Below, in pieces: positions 10,471 to 22,958 of a stretch of 64,000 nt of DNA. Source of the DNA: Octopus sinensis (lineage: Eukaryota); NCBI RefSeq assembly GCF_006345805.1, contig NC_043002.1, positions 3,286,001 to 3,350,000 of the forward strand, read 5' to 3'. Every line of letters starts with the position of its first letter. Position 1 is the first letter of the stretch. Position numbers and translations under genes: made by a program. Under the pieces are notes generated by a model that was not told the DNA's origin, searched no databases, and was given only the letters and a program-made list of their open reading frames with translations.

Positions 10471-10689
10471 GTACTATTTAAGAAGAGTGGTCCCGGTGCG
10501 CGCACTCGCGCTAGCTAGTCGTGATTAGTCGATCCTTACTTTGTGTTTTTGTTTTATTTACTTTGTTTTAAAAAATTATTTATTTCGTGTTTTATTTACT
10601 TTACTAGGTAGTCGTTGTAGGATCGACTAGTCACGACCAGCTAGCGCGGGTGCGCGACTACGCGCACCGGGACCACTCTTAAATAGTAC
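10471..10689. mobile_element. CpG-rich MITE-like inverted repeat
   Basis: gtactatttaag(aag)agtggtcccggtgcgcg...agtcgatcct and its reverse complement at 10619-10689, around an AT-rich spacer. Confidence 0.75.
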
Positions 10690-11959
10690 ACGTTGGAGAT
10701 TACGAATATGCAAAAAAAAAAATCAAAATTTTACATTCCCCCTCAACCTACCCCACCATTGCCTACAATTTAAATGTTTTGTTATATATCAAAGTGTGAA
10801 AATTTCATTAAAGCAGGTATGTAACGTGGAAAATACGGGGACTTTAACAATACAGAAACAATTTCCACAGTCTAGTCTAATGAACAGAGAAAGTGTACTT
10901 TACATACCTACTTCAATAAAATTTCCATACTTCAATACGCAATACATTTTAAAATGTTGGAGGAGGGGTTTAAAATTTCTTAACATTTTTTTGCATAATC
11001 GTTTTCAGAAAAATGCCAAGGTGAGGTGCTAATCTGCAATATTCCAGGGAATAAGATGGCAGCGTAGTATTTTGCATTAATTTATTGAATTAAAGACACT
11101 TTGCAAGCCAGAGTCTCACGTGTTTATAGGCAAAACACACATGGGAAAAAACTGCACGTGAAAATACGTCCCTGAGTCTAATGAATAATAAAAGTGCGTC
11201 GGGAAATACCAGAGGAACTCAATGAGGTGTTCACGTGACTTCTTTGTTTACATAGCAACGTGATAAGACATCTTGGTGCGAACGAAGAATTTCTTGGCCC
11301 TCAATTATGTAATTGTACACACACAAAATATCGAGAATAGACGTGGAGAAAAATGCCATGTGATCAAAGTTAGCAATGAATAATTTTATAAATGTTACTC
11401 ATAATTCTAAAAATAACTAAATCATGATCTAGAATAAGTGCCGAGTTTATATATATATATTTATTTCTACTGCAATGGATATAAAAAGTTCTGCAAGTTT
11501 CATCTTCGGTTCCAGAGGCATCAGAATACCATTATCGCTACCGAAAAGGAAAACAGATACGCAAGTGCCCTTCTTCCGACAGAACGTGTCTCCATGTGAA
11601 TTCTTTTTCTACTCTTTCCAAGATGCCTTAATAAAACGTCAGGGTACATTTTCATTCCATTTGTTTTTTTACCATTATTCAGTCTTATATTCTTGTGTTC
11701 ATTAGGTATTTCATCAATACAACTGAAAACTCCAGATTATCTTAAAGTTAAAACGCCACAAAGTAAATCAAAACAACGGACACTGAACAAAAATTGATTC
11801 TTCTTATTATTTTTCATATTTTCAGAAATACAACCAATTTAAAGCATTTACCTTTTTTTAACATAAGAAACAAATGGTATATTAATCGAGTAAATATGCT
11901 CCGTTATAGTGAAAGCCTCACAAGATTAGATTCAGATTCAAACTAAGAACGATGTTCTA

Positions 11960-12130
11960 AGAAGAGAGATTTCGCAATTAACCGGTCTCCGGGCGAAAAA
12001 TGTGACACTAATTGGCAGAGGTGAAATGGGATTGCGCATGTGCTACTGTCGAAGAAGCGAGCACTGACTTTATAAGGAAGCCTGTACATGATATAACCGT
12101 AGTATGTGTATTGACGATCTAATTCGAAAT
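11960..12130. promoter_or_regulatory. Probable bidirectional promoter
   Basis: Repeat-free, CpG-retaining region with an NRF1-like ttgcgcatgtgc (about 12032-12043). Strong donors point away from it on both strands (8143 minus, 12461 plus). Confidence 0.45.
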
Positions 12131-12460
12131 AAAATGTTTAATTGATATATTAATTATCATAGTTCTCGGATTAATCCTCCTGTTTCTTGCATCTATTTCG
12201 AATTGATAACGATCAATGTAAATGTTTCGGGATTTCAATGTTTTAAAGTGTATGATATGACACTTCGAGGCACTCGTAAGAATAACTAATAACAGGTATA
12301 TTTTGTGAACCGTAAGCTTTTGTTACTTACTTGGTTAATGGCGCCCAGGTGTGGCTGACGCGTATTTTAGATCCCACCCATAACAAGGAACTTAATTGTA
12401 CCAAGTGATATACACACTTAACCGTTTCCAGTTTGAAATTGTGAAGAACTCTGGTCAGAT
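12060..12460 (+). other. Candidate first (5' UTR) exon region of the plus-strand gene
   Basis: Donor cagat|GTAAGT at 12461; other possible donors near 12295 and 12312; start position is unknown. Confidence 0.35.
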
Positions 12461-14614
12461 GTAAGTTATATTCACTTCATTAACGAATGCTGTCTATTTA
12501 GCGCGTGTTTGGTGTCTTCTCTCCTATTATAGGATCCTAAATCGCACTTCTTCCTTGGGCCTCAATAATTTACCTTTTCACTCGAAAAATTAATTTTCTG
12601 ACGCAATATCTTCTATATTAGTTGATTTTCGTTTATTGTTCATGTTTTTTATAGTTGTTACAGTTTGTTATTCATAAACGGTAACGGCAATACTCTGTAA
12701 TTAATAATTATACATACTCGCTAAAAGTAATGATCGAATTTTTTTTTAATTCTCATTTTTAACATTTCAAATTCTTTGATAGTCGGCATTGGATCTTTTA
12801 ATTACTTGACAGAACTTATTAACCAGCACCAAGCGATAATTCCTGTTATTAGCTCTAAAACATGTTCGGTTGCGTCTAAGAAGCCGACAACCACTTGCCT
12901 CGCTCTTAATTCAAGATGCCTTTCACTCTTTTTACATTAAAAACATCTGCAAGAAAGAAACCCCAGAAGTTTCCTGTCTTTTCAACAATTACTTTTAGAT
13001 ATCCTCATCAAACCCTGTCTTTGATGACTTCGCTAACCGAATGATGTTTTAGTGGAAATGTTAAGTGCATGTTGGTTTCGAAAACATTGCCATAGCAGGA
13101 AATAGCGGAATATTTGAAGAACACGGCTCACCTGATGGAACTAAATTGGATCCAGTGTCTGAGAGGAATCGAAAAGATTCATAGTTAATGTCTTAATCTC
13201 TATAGATCTGTAAAATCAATTGAAATTATATGACGTTTATTGTGAAATTATGGGAAATCTTAATTAGGCCTGTATATCTCTCACAGTTTTGAAAGTTCTT
13301 TTATTTTTGATTAATTCAAAGAGTAAAACCAGATTATGGACTTTTATTTATCACCACTTTTGTTTATTAAACCGGAATTTATAAAATTTAATGTAAATAT
13401 TAATTATACAAATTATAATTCTTTACTGTTTTTACTGAACGTTAAATTCATTTACTTAATCAAGAATTATATCTAAAATTGTTTTCCTTGCCATATTTAA
13501 AAATAAAACTAGATTAGGGACCAGAAAACCTTGATAAAGGGTTACTGACTCGTGGATAATATTTGGAGGGCTTCGTTTTCTGTTTTAGGAAACAAACATA
13601 ATAGAAAATAGTTATTGATCGTTAGTGTGACAGATGAATGTATTTTGTAAATGTACCAAGTACATGGTTTACGATATATCATTAACAATCACTTCTGCTC
13701 GTTTGACCGGATCATGAGGTTCTTTATTGTTTGGTTAAAGTTGGCGGTTGACTTAACTCATTTCTCTGGCCACAATTAGCAGATATATTAAAAAACATAC
13801 AGTAATTCGTAAATTTCTCCCAATAACGATTTCAGCAACAAACCTTTTAAGAAAAAAGATTCTTTTTTTTCTTTTTTTTTTTCTGCTGTTAATTAATTGT
13901 CCAGTTTAATTTAGATTCATTCCAGTTTAGAAACGAACACTTTGATTTCTGTTTTGTTACCTAGCAACTATATGCACATGTTCATCGATTTCTTCACCTT
14001 AGAATTATAAGCGAAAACTGATATATTTGATTAACTAGTTTCAGGTTTGCCTTTCCACGCACTGACTACAAATAAACTTATACTGATGAAGACAATTAGT
14101 GACTGTACAAATTATATATTTTCCTATTAATTTAAAAGTAATATATTTGGAATCTAAAGCACTATTTAAAAAATGATGTTTAATTTGTGATTCTAAATAT
14201 TCCAATCGCCAGTAACCTCGAGTCGACGCTGGAAACTCTGCATCTTGCTAGAAATAACAGCCAATTCATACCCTGCCATATTAAAAGAAAAAAGAAAGAC
14301 ATGTTGGTTAAGGTAGTGTATGTCTGAAAATAAAACTGGATGGTCATGTCTGGAACTTCCCTGGCCATTTATTTATTTGATTAGGGCTTTAATAATTACT
14401 AACAAGACGAACAATTGGTTTTAAGAAAAGGAAAATACCCCCCCCCCAATTTATTATTTAAAATGTCAGATGTGTGAACTGTAAGACAAATTTCGTATGA
14501 CCGAGGCGCACTGTGTGTGTTTGTGTGATGATGGCGAGCAAACTGGAACTTCGAAGTCACTGACAACCTTTTCTTTGTACTATGTATTGAGTAATCCATC
14601 AATTTAATGTGCCC

Positions 14615-14660
<46 letters not shown>

Positions 14661-14689
14661 CGTGTGTATCCCGCTGAAACTTGCTGTCA

Positions 14690-14692
14690 TCA

Positions 14693-14725
<33 letters not shown>

Positions 14726-15000
14726 TTCACTCTTTCTTTCACACAAGCACATTGGCGCGCGGGCGCACACACACGTCTCTTTCTTAGACTGTTCCAGATA
14801 CCAGCTGTGCTGAAGGAAGCTCCCCCCCTCCATCCCTCCCCCCATCTTTACGCCTTCACCGATCTTGATTGCACTGTAAAGTTCGGGACTTGAAATGTTT
14901 GGAGGTCAGCTGGTTTGGGGGGTTGGTGGGGGGAGGAAGGCAAAAAAAAAAAAAAGAAAAAAACCCAGGAGGAGGAAGGGTGGAAGATATTGGCAGCAGC
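14690..15000 (+). promoter_or_regulatory. Possible second promoter region
   Basis: (CT)n tract, then ggcgcgcgggcgca and C- and G-rich runs, within a long transposon-free stretch. Confidence 0.3.
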
Positions 15001-15286
15001 CACTTCTTGTAGGAGTGGGAGTTAGTAACAATGTTTCCATTGAGGCTGTTGGCTACTTTCACTTATATTTTTAGAGATGGATTTTTGCTTGTCAAGACAT
15101 TGGTTGTGTGTTTGAACTGAAAGAACCAATTGTGTTCTTTGTGTGGTGATAACCCCACAGGAAAGATGAAATAATTCATGTTTCTGCCGAAAAGAAACAA
15201 TCGGTTTTAAATAAAATTTGACCTTATTTAAACAAACCTAAAATCAAAAACTTGCAAGCTATGGATGTCTTTTTTTTAATTCTCAG

Positions 15287-15400
15287 AAATCCCCCCCCCC
15301 CCGGCAAGAGTTCTGGACCCCAGTAATGAACTCAATTGCATACTGCCAATCACAGCTCACCTCGACCTTGTCAAGTAAACTCGAAGCGAAGAACAGTGTT
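15287..15400 (+). other. Candidate 114-nt exon (KSPPPRQEFWTPVMNSIAYCQSQLTSTLSSKLEAKNSV)
   Basis: ttttaattctcAG| and |GTAAGT; open phase 0/0 frame. Could instead be promoter sequence, since it contains a CCAAT box. Confidence 0.3.
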
Positions 15401-17176
15401 GTAAGTCGACCGATGGCCAAGTTCTGCATGATTTTAGAAGGAGACAAGTAATTAGATAGATTTGCGTCTATACCCATTATCGGATTCTGTTGGGGCCCCA
15501 TATGGTAAAGATGCGGATGGGAAAAATGTGGGTAGAGGGCGATGTGCTGGCAACCCCCTCCCCTTACTCTTTTACAAAGTAATCAACGCAAACAATTATG
15601 CAGAGGCAGCCAAGAACAAGAACACCAGCATTCTTAAAAGAGAAAAGAAGCGTGGTCATTCCTTAGCCAAGTGACCTTATCTTATTGCCCATCACTTGTT
15701 GTGTGCTCATGAATTAGTTTGGTAGTTGAGCTCTGATTGGCTGTATGCAAATGGGGTCCAGAACCCACGTAGAAAAAATAATTTCACGTACTGAAGGCTA
15801 CATTCTGTGTGTTCATTTTTCAGATAGGAAAGTGTGATTTGAGGGAGTGTTAGCTGTTATTTCTCGAAGGTTAAGTGATTATGTGGAGCAGGTTTTTAAT
15901 AGGCCACATGTGCTCCTATCACACAGTAATCCATAGAAAACACCAGCCTCACCACTGACTGTCATTAGAGATAGCAAAAATTTGGCTGTACTTTGGAAAG
16001 AGCAGAAAAGAAATTCTAAAGATTTTGTTATAGAGGACAATGCAAGATTCTCTGAATCCTGTCAGGAGATGTGGGTGGATATTCCAGGTTAAGAACCCCA
16101 AATGTTGCCAGTTCCCTTCATTGGTCTAACAAAACCATAAGTTGATGGATATGGTGGGTTATTCTAATTAGAGGGTGAAATTTGGTAAATCATTTGTGAA
16201 CTGATACCCTTTCATATCGACTGTGCCAGCCCACTCGCTATAGCCACCCTTCTGAACCTCAACATCTCCCTTTCCACTGCTCCTCCATCTTGCACAGCAT
16301 CTCCCTACTTTCTCATCTTCCCTTCATTCCATATTATTTCTCATCACTTCCACCTTTGTTCATCATTTGTTACATTCACCTCCATCCCCCACCCCCATCT
16401 CCAAACAGCTGTCTCCCGAATCCACTGTCCACCTCCTCTCTTTTGCTCATGTTCTTGTACCTAGAGAGTTTATCCAGCTCCCCATCTCTATCATCTCCTT
16501 AGACTTTAGATTCTCAACATAAAAAGACCTCCCACCATTCCTGTTCTTTTTCTCTCTTGCATGTTTCATGGTCACCTCTCTGGTGCCGGTGCCCTGTAAA
16601 AAGTAATCGAGTACATTCTGTAAAGTGGTTCGTATTAGGAAAGGCATCCAGTTGTAGAAACCATGTTGAAGCTGGCATTGAGAATCAGTGTAGCTCTGCT
16701 ACTCATTGGATACTGTCAAACTCTTCAATCCATGGCTGTCTGGAAAGCAGATGGTAAATGATGATGATGTCAAGAAATCGAAAATAGCGTTTAGAATTGA
16801 AATTAGATCTATGAAGTGCTCAATATTTTATACAGAATTAAAATTAATGTTTTTTAATGTTTATGTATTAACCATTGAAACCGGTTTAATGTGTTCTACT
16901 GGTGCTACATAAAAAAAGTAGCCAGTCCACCCTCTTAAAGGGGTTGGCATTGAGAAGGACACCCAGCCACAGAAACTGTGCCAAAACAGACAATTGCCGC
17001 TCTCTGGCCTTGCCACCTCCAGCCAAACTCTCCAATTCATGCCAGCATGGGAAATAGATGCTAAATGATGGTGCTATTCAGTAATTTATTGTTGGTTTAC
17101 TTTTCACTGACCTGTTTCTAATTGCACCTCGCCCACCTCATTACTAGAGACCATCTTGAATAATTTTCTTTCACAG

Positions 17177-17222
17177 GCAGAGTTATGTCAGTGATCTAAA
17201 ATTAGTTGTTTCAAGAAACACT
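17177..17222 (+). other. Candidate 46-nt exon (UTR, or xQSYVSDLKLVVSRNT)
   Basis: ttttctttcacAG| and CACT|GTAAGC. Confidence 0.45.
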
Positions 17223-18227
17223 GTAAGCTCACTTTTCATTTCCTTACTTGCTTCTAGTCAGTGCTTATCAGAGAGCAAATTTTTCTTTGGCTTTTTATTA
17301 TTATTATTATTATATGCCTCGTCAAAGTCAGATGCTCTCTTGCTGGGATGGAAAATCTATTCAAGAAAAAATAAGTGGAGTTTGGCTAGTTTTATCAATT
17401 TCTGTTTGTTTTTAGCTCTGGGAAATTGATTTAACATTGTGTGCAGTTGTGAAAGGCCTAGAAAAATGGTCTGTTTCATATAAATTTTGTCCTATTTTTC
17501 TTTTTTGTTTATTTGTGCTTATTATGATCATGGCTCTTAGTCTAACAACAATAATATATAATTGAGCTAGCTAATTAGTATTTATGTTGTTGATTAGGTA
17601 TAATTTAATGGGTTGATAATTTATTTAATTAATCATTTTGTCATTTGTGCTGGTGGGAGTGAGTTAGTGTAGGCGACGCAAGTGATGGGTGAAATATGTA
17701 AGGGAGAGGCTTAAAACAAATAGTTCACCAATATATATAATATGTGACTAAAATACTACGGAGTGGTGTGTTGTGTGTGTGAGAGAGTACATGTGTCATT
17801 AGAAGCACTGGTTCATCAGACATGTCTTGTTTTGCATCCAACTGACCTGGCGCCACTGCTCTTTCGGGTTGGCACCAGTTGTTACTGATGCTAACTTCAA
17901 CACTCTCTTCTTTTATCTTTCATTTGTTTCAGTCATTAGACTGTGGCCAAGCTGCAGCACTGCCTTGAATAAATGAGCTCGGTACATATTCTTCTTCAGT
18001 CCATGCACTTATTCGATCAGTCTCTTTTGCTGAATCGCTAAGTTATGGGGATGCAAACAAGCCAACACCAGTTGTCAAGTGATGGGGAAACAGACACATA
18101 CGCGCGTGTGTGTTATCATTTAACATCCATTTTCCAAGCTGGCATTGGTTGGCTGGTTTGAAGCTGGTGAGCCCAGACGAAGCGCACCCACCGTCTGCTT
18201 TGGATGCCCTTTGCTATGCCAACTGCT

Positions 18228-19490
18228 TTACTGTGTGTGTGTGTATAAATGATGAGCTATATGTGTGTGTGTGTGTATAAATGATGAGCTATATGTGTGT
18301 GTGTGTGTATAAATGATCTATATGTATGTGTGTGTGTGTGTATAAATGATGATCTGTGTGTGTGTGTGTATAAATGATGATCTATATGTATGTGTGTGTG
18401 TATAAATGATGATCTATGTGTGTGTGTGTGTATAAATGATGATCTATGTGTGTGTGTGTGTATAAATGATGATCTATATGTATGTATGTGTGTGTGTATA
18501 AATGATGATCTATATGTATGTGTGTGTGTATAAATGATGATCTATGTGTGTGTGTGTGTATAAATGATGATCTATATGTGTGTGTGTGTGTGTGTATAAA
18601 TGGTGATCTATATGTATGTGTGTGTGTATAAATGGTGATCTATATGTATGTGTGTGTGTATAAATGATGATCTATATGTATGTGTGTGTGTATAAATGAT
18701 GATCTATATGTATGTGTGTGTGTATAAATGATGATCTATGTGTGTGTGTGTGTATAAATGATGATCTATGTATGTGTGTGTGTGTGTGGTATAAATGGTG
18801 ATCTATGTATGTGTGTGTGTGTATAAATGATCTATACGTGTGTGTATAAACGATCTATACGTGTGTGTATAAATGATCTATATGTGTGTGTGTGTATAAA
18901 TGATCTATATGTATGTATGTGTGTGTATAAATGGTGATCTATATGTATGTGTGTGTGTATAAATGATGATCTATATGTATGTGTGTGTGTATAAATGATG
19001 ATCTATATGTATGTGTGTGTGTATAAATGATGATCTATGTGTGTGTATAAATGATGATCTATGTGTGTGTGTGTGTGTATAAATGGTGATCTATGTATGT
19101 GTGTGTGTGTATAAATGATCTATACGTGTGTGTATAAACGATCTATACGTGTGTGTATAAATGATCTATATGTGTGTGTGTGTATAAATGATCTATATGT
19201 ATGTGTGTGTGTATAAATGGTGATCTATGTATGTGTGTGTGTGTATAAACGATCTATACGTGTGTGTATAAACGATCTATACGTGTGTATATAAATGATC
19301 TATATGTGTGTGTGTGTATAAATGATCTATATGTATGTGTGTGTGTATAAATGGTGATCTATGTATGTGTGTGTGTGTATAAATGATCTATACGTATGTA
19401 TGTGTATAAATGATCTATATGTGTGTGTGCGTATAAATGATCTATATGTATGTGTGTGTGTGTATAAATGATGATCTATATGTATGTATA
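18228..19490. repeat. Minisatellite of ~25-32 bp, TATAAATGATGATCTAT(ATGTAT)(GT)n
   Basis: About 40 directly visible units with variable GT length. Confidence 0.95.
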
Positions 19491-19707
19491 TGAGAGGCTT
19501 CTATATAGTTTCTTAATCCATTGGTCAGTCGAGTGCCCAAGGCACTGTGCTGTAGGACTGAACTCCAAGCCAAATAATTGTGAAATTCCAGTCATGGAAT
19601 AATTACTTTGAAGCAAGAGAGACTATTTCCAGTGGACCCAAGGGGACATTTTGAAATTGATGGTGACCAACATTATCGGGAAAGAGAGAAAGAAAGAAAA
19701 ACTAACG

Positions 19708-19723
19708 ATGATTAATGAAGCTT
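19708..19723 (+). CDS. Candidate alternative first coding exon end (MINEA + T, phase 1)
   Basis: acgATGATTAATGAAGCTT|GTGAGT, a strong donor; the ATG choice is uncertain. Confidence 0.25.
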
Positions 19724-20889
19724 GTGAGTAATTGCTTGTGTACTGAAGACTGGAAACTGAAGTATCTATGACTGGATCGGAAATAAGTAATTTGACTCCC
19801 TCCTCTGTGTGGTTAATGAAATCTAAAACCTATTATCAAAACCCCGACTGCAGCAGAGAAGCAACATAAAGGATTGTTCGGTTCATCATTATGAAAAAAA
19901 AAGATTCTACTAATTTCATCGTTTTGCTTTCATTTTGCTTTATTTTAGTTTTTTCTCTTACAATCATCAATCGTTCACATTGGCCTGTCTTAATATTCAC
20001 ATCTTCAAGTGTGTTTATAAATTCATTTTTCTCTTCCAATCCAGTGTTCTTCTGGAAATTAATCTCTCTCTCTCTAAAAAAAAAAATATTGTGTTCATTT
20101 GTTTAGAATATTTGGAATTTAAGGGCTGGAAAATTTTTTGGGTGGGTGGGAAGGGGGTGTCTGGGATTATATCATCAAAACTTGACGATAAAAAAAAAAG
20201 ATATCACAAAAATATAGTTGTCTGGCAAATCTATGGAAGTTGCTTCAAAATAGAGTTTTTATGTTTTCTCTCTCAGTGTGTATGTGAATAGGCCAAAGGG
20301 AATTTTGATGTGTGTGTGTATGTACACACACACACACACACACATATATAGGAGAACTATGAAATGCACCGTTAAAATGCCAAGTAGAAAGAGGGAAAGA
20401 CATTCTGCAGAAAGAGAGAAAAGAACTGCAGAATCACACTTTGCCATCTTTGTTGATTTTCTTGGTTTTTCATTCATGTTCTGCTAGCAGACATAGAATA
20501 TAAATTTCCACAGCTGCATATTGTTGAAGTAATTGCTGCAAATCTTTCCTACATTTTACTACTGGAATACAGTGTAGGATTGAAATGTGTTGTCAGGCAG
20601 AGCATAGATAATAGCTGTAGGAGAACGGTTCAGATCTCATTATTACGTTCTTGGTAGATCAGCTTTGCATCATAAAAACAAAAAACAAAAAAACCTACTG
20701 AGATTGTGAAATAGTTATTTATGTCATAAAACCTAGAGAGGCGTAATGAATCTATCGGCAGCTATTTTGGGTCTCTTTTAGAATCAGGAGTTCATAGAAG
20801 CAGCTAACTTAGGATTCCCACATCAGGCTTACATAACAGTTTGGGTAGGAATTTAAAAATTAATATATTTACTTGTACATAATGTGAGT

Positions 20890-21362
20890 TCATGGCTGCT
20901 TCCTGCTCGAGTTTCGCAGAGCCCCAGCCCATCCAAATTACCTTGGATTGCAGAACGACCTGCTGTGCTTGAGGAGACCTATTGAGTCAAGTACATCAAC
21001 ATCAAAATAAATATCAAATGGAAATTGTAGTTGTGATACCTGTGCCGGTGGCACGTAAAAAGCACCATCCGAACGTGGCCAATGTCAGCGCCGCCTTGAC
21101 TGGCTTCTGTGCCAGTGGCACGTAAAAAGCACCAACTGATCATGGCTGTTTCCATCTTCCTCTGGCCCCTGTACTGGTGGCACGTAAAAAGCACCCACTA
21201 CACTCACGGAGTGGTTGGCGTGGTGAAGGGCATCCAGCTGTAGAAACATTGCCAGATCAGACTGGAGCTTGGTGCAGCTCCCTGGCTTCCCAGACCCCAG
21301 TTGAACCGTCCATTCCATGCTAGCATGGAAAACTGACGTTAAACGATGATGATGATGATTGT
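20890..21362 (+). mobile_element. Family C, longer RTE 3' UTR copy
   Basis: Three gtggcacgtaaaaagcacc subrepeats, then the conserved end and (gat)n. Confidence 0.8.
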
Positions 21363-21467
21363 TAGAATAGTTATTATTCCAAAAGGAGCTGCATGTTTTT
21401 GTGATCAATTTAATATTCAGAGTAAGGAAAACTTAAGACTTGTCTGGCAATTTTATAGTTATTGGTA

Positions 21468-21730
21468 CAGGCATGGCTGTGTGGTTAAGAAGCTTGTTTT
21501 GGGTTCAGTCCCATTGTGTGGCACTTTGGGCAAAAGCCTTCTACAGCATTGGATTGATAAGAGCCTTGCAAGTGGATTTGGTACTTAATGTGTGTGTGGC
21601 CTTGTTTTGACATCATGTGGTGATTATAAATGAGCATAACCATCATACAAGTGATGTAATTTGCTTCCAGTCTTCCATGGAGAAATTGAATTAGTTGGAT
21701 AGTTGGAAACTGGTGAGGGTTGGCAACAGG
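21468..21730 (+). mobile_element. Family A SINE, degraded
   Basis: ggcatggctgtgtggttaagaagc...ggcactttgggcaa CORE-like segment. Confidence 0.65.
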
Positions 21731-21874
21731 AAGAGCATTCGACTGTAGAAAATCTGCCTCAATAAACTCAATGTGACCCATGGCAAAATGGATGTTGAAA
21801 AAACAACGATGACTGTATGTTGTACTGGTGTTCAGATTTCATCTTGATTAGAGACAAATCTTTGCCATAATGGC

Positions 21875-21945
21875 TCATAATGGCTCAGGCAGTTTGAGCA
21901 GGACTCTTAAATGCTAGTGTTGTGGGTTCAGTCCCAGACTTGCCA
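21875..21945 (+). mobile_element. tRNA-Lys(CTT)-like SINE head or tRNA pseudogene
   Basis: gagcaggactcttaaatgctagtgttgtgggttcagtccc resembles tRNA-Lys GAGCATGAGACTCTTAATCTCAGGGTCGTGGGTTCGAGCCC; stems are broken. Confidence 0.45.
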
Positions 21946-21985
21946 TTGAAAATCCTCCTTTCAGGCTGGATTGATCTGGATTGCA

Positions 21986-22352
21986 GGCAGGGCTGTGCAG
22001 TTAAGAAGCTTGTTTTGCAACCACACAGTTTGGAGTTCAACCCTATCTTTGGCAGTACTTTTGGCAAGTGGATTCTTCTATAGTTCCAGGATGACCGATA
22101 TCTCAGAGTGAATTTGATTCGTGGATGATATTGTATGGAAGCCCACTGTGTGTGTATGTGTGTGTGGTGTTTCTCCCCCTGCTCCACTTGCCAACTGATG
22201 TTGGTTTGTTGACATCCCTATCACTTAGCAATTCAGCAAGAGATTCTGGTAGAATAAGTACCTGACCTTGAGAAAAACAAAAACTGGTGTCAATCTGTTT
22301 GAACTAAACCCATCAAGATGGTGCCCCAACATGGTTGCAGTCTAGTGACTGA
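21986..22352 (+). mobile_element. Family A SINE
   Basis: Head, CORE-like part, (GT)n tract, and tail ...cagtctagtgactgaaacgagtaaaag. Confidence 0.7.
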
Positions 22353-22403
22353 AACGAGTAAAAGATAGGGGACAGGCTGGTCCAGAGCCACTGGCTGAAA
22401 TGC

Positions 22404-22620
22404 TTAACCCTTTCGTGACCAACCTGGCTGAAACCGCCTCTGGCTCTGTAGTGCAAATCTCTTGTTTTCATAAGTTCTGAATTAAAATCTTCCACCAAAC
22501 TTTAAGTCACAATTTATGTTCCTAACACTAGCTGAATGATAACCAAATTCTTTGTTATATTTAAAGTAATTGAAAGAAACACAGAGCATCTCAAAATAAA
22601 TACGGTAACAAAAGGGTTAG
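22404..22620. mobile_element. piggyBac-type MITE
   Basis: TTAA-ccctttcgtgacc...gtaacaaaaggg-TTAG. Confidence 0.8.
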
Positions 22621-22741
22621 TATCATTTATGTAATCTAATTTAAATATGAACCCCTAACTGCTGGGAATCTTGAAGGGGTTATTGGAAGGGGTAAAGCAA
22701 CTGTAGCCTAAATGTATTTTTATGCTTTATATCTGTATTTA

Positions 22742-22958
22742 GGGCGTTGAGCTGGCAGAATCATTAGCACCCTGGAGAAAAATGCTTGGCAGCGTTTTGT
22801 CCGTCTTTACGTTCTGAGTTCAAATGCCACTGAGGTTGACTTTGCCTCTCATTCCCTTTCGGGGTCGATAAAATAAGTACCAGTTGTGTACTGGGGTTGA
22901 TGTAAGTGACTTGCCCTTTCCCCCAAAACGGCTGGCCTTGTGCCAAAATTTGAAATCA
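22742..22958 (+). mobile_element. Family B SINE (alternative tail)
   Basis: gagctggcagaatcattagc...ggccttgtgccaaaatttgaaatc. Confidence 0.8.

Noticed and set aside
11475-11705. 76-aa ORF near the promoter, and short minus-strand ORFs here
   Set aside because: No homology recognised; more likely 5' UTR or first-exon sequence of the minus gene, whose donor I could not fix.
13021-13162. TGATGA...CTGA, a possible C/D snoRNA
   Set aside because: No convincing terminal stem and no rRNA/snRNA complement that I could recognise.
18228-19490. CRISPR-like array
   Set aside because: The intervening sequence is (GT)n microsatellite, not unique spacers, and the context is eukaryotic.
21875-21945. Functional tRNA-Lys gene
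   Set aside because: Acceptor and anticodon stems are disrupted; kept only as a SINE head or pseudogene. All other tRNA-like hits are SINE heads.
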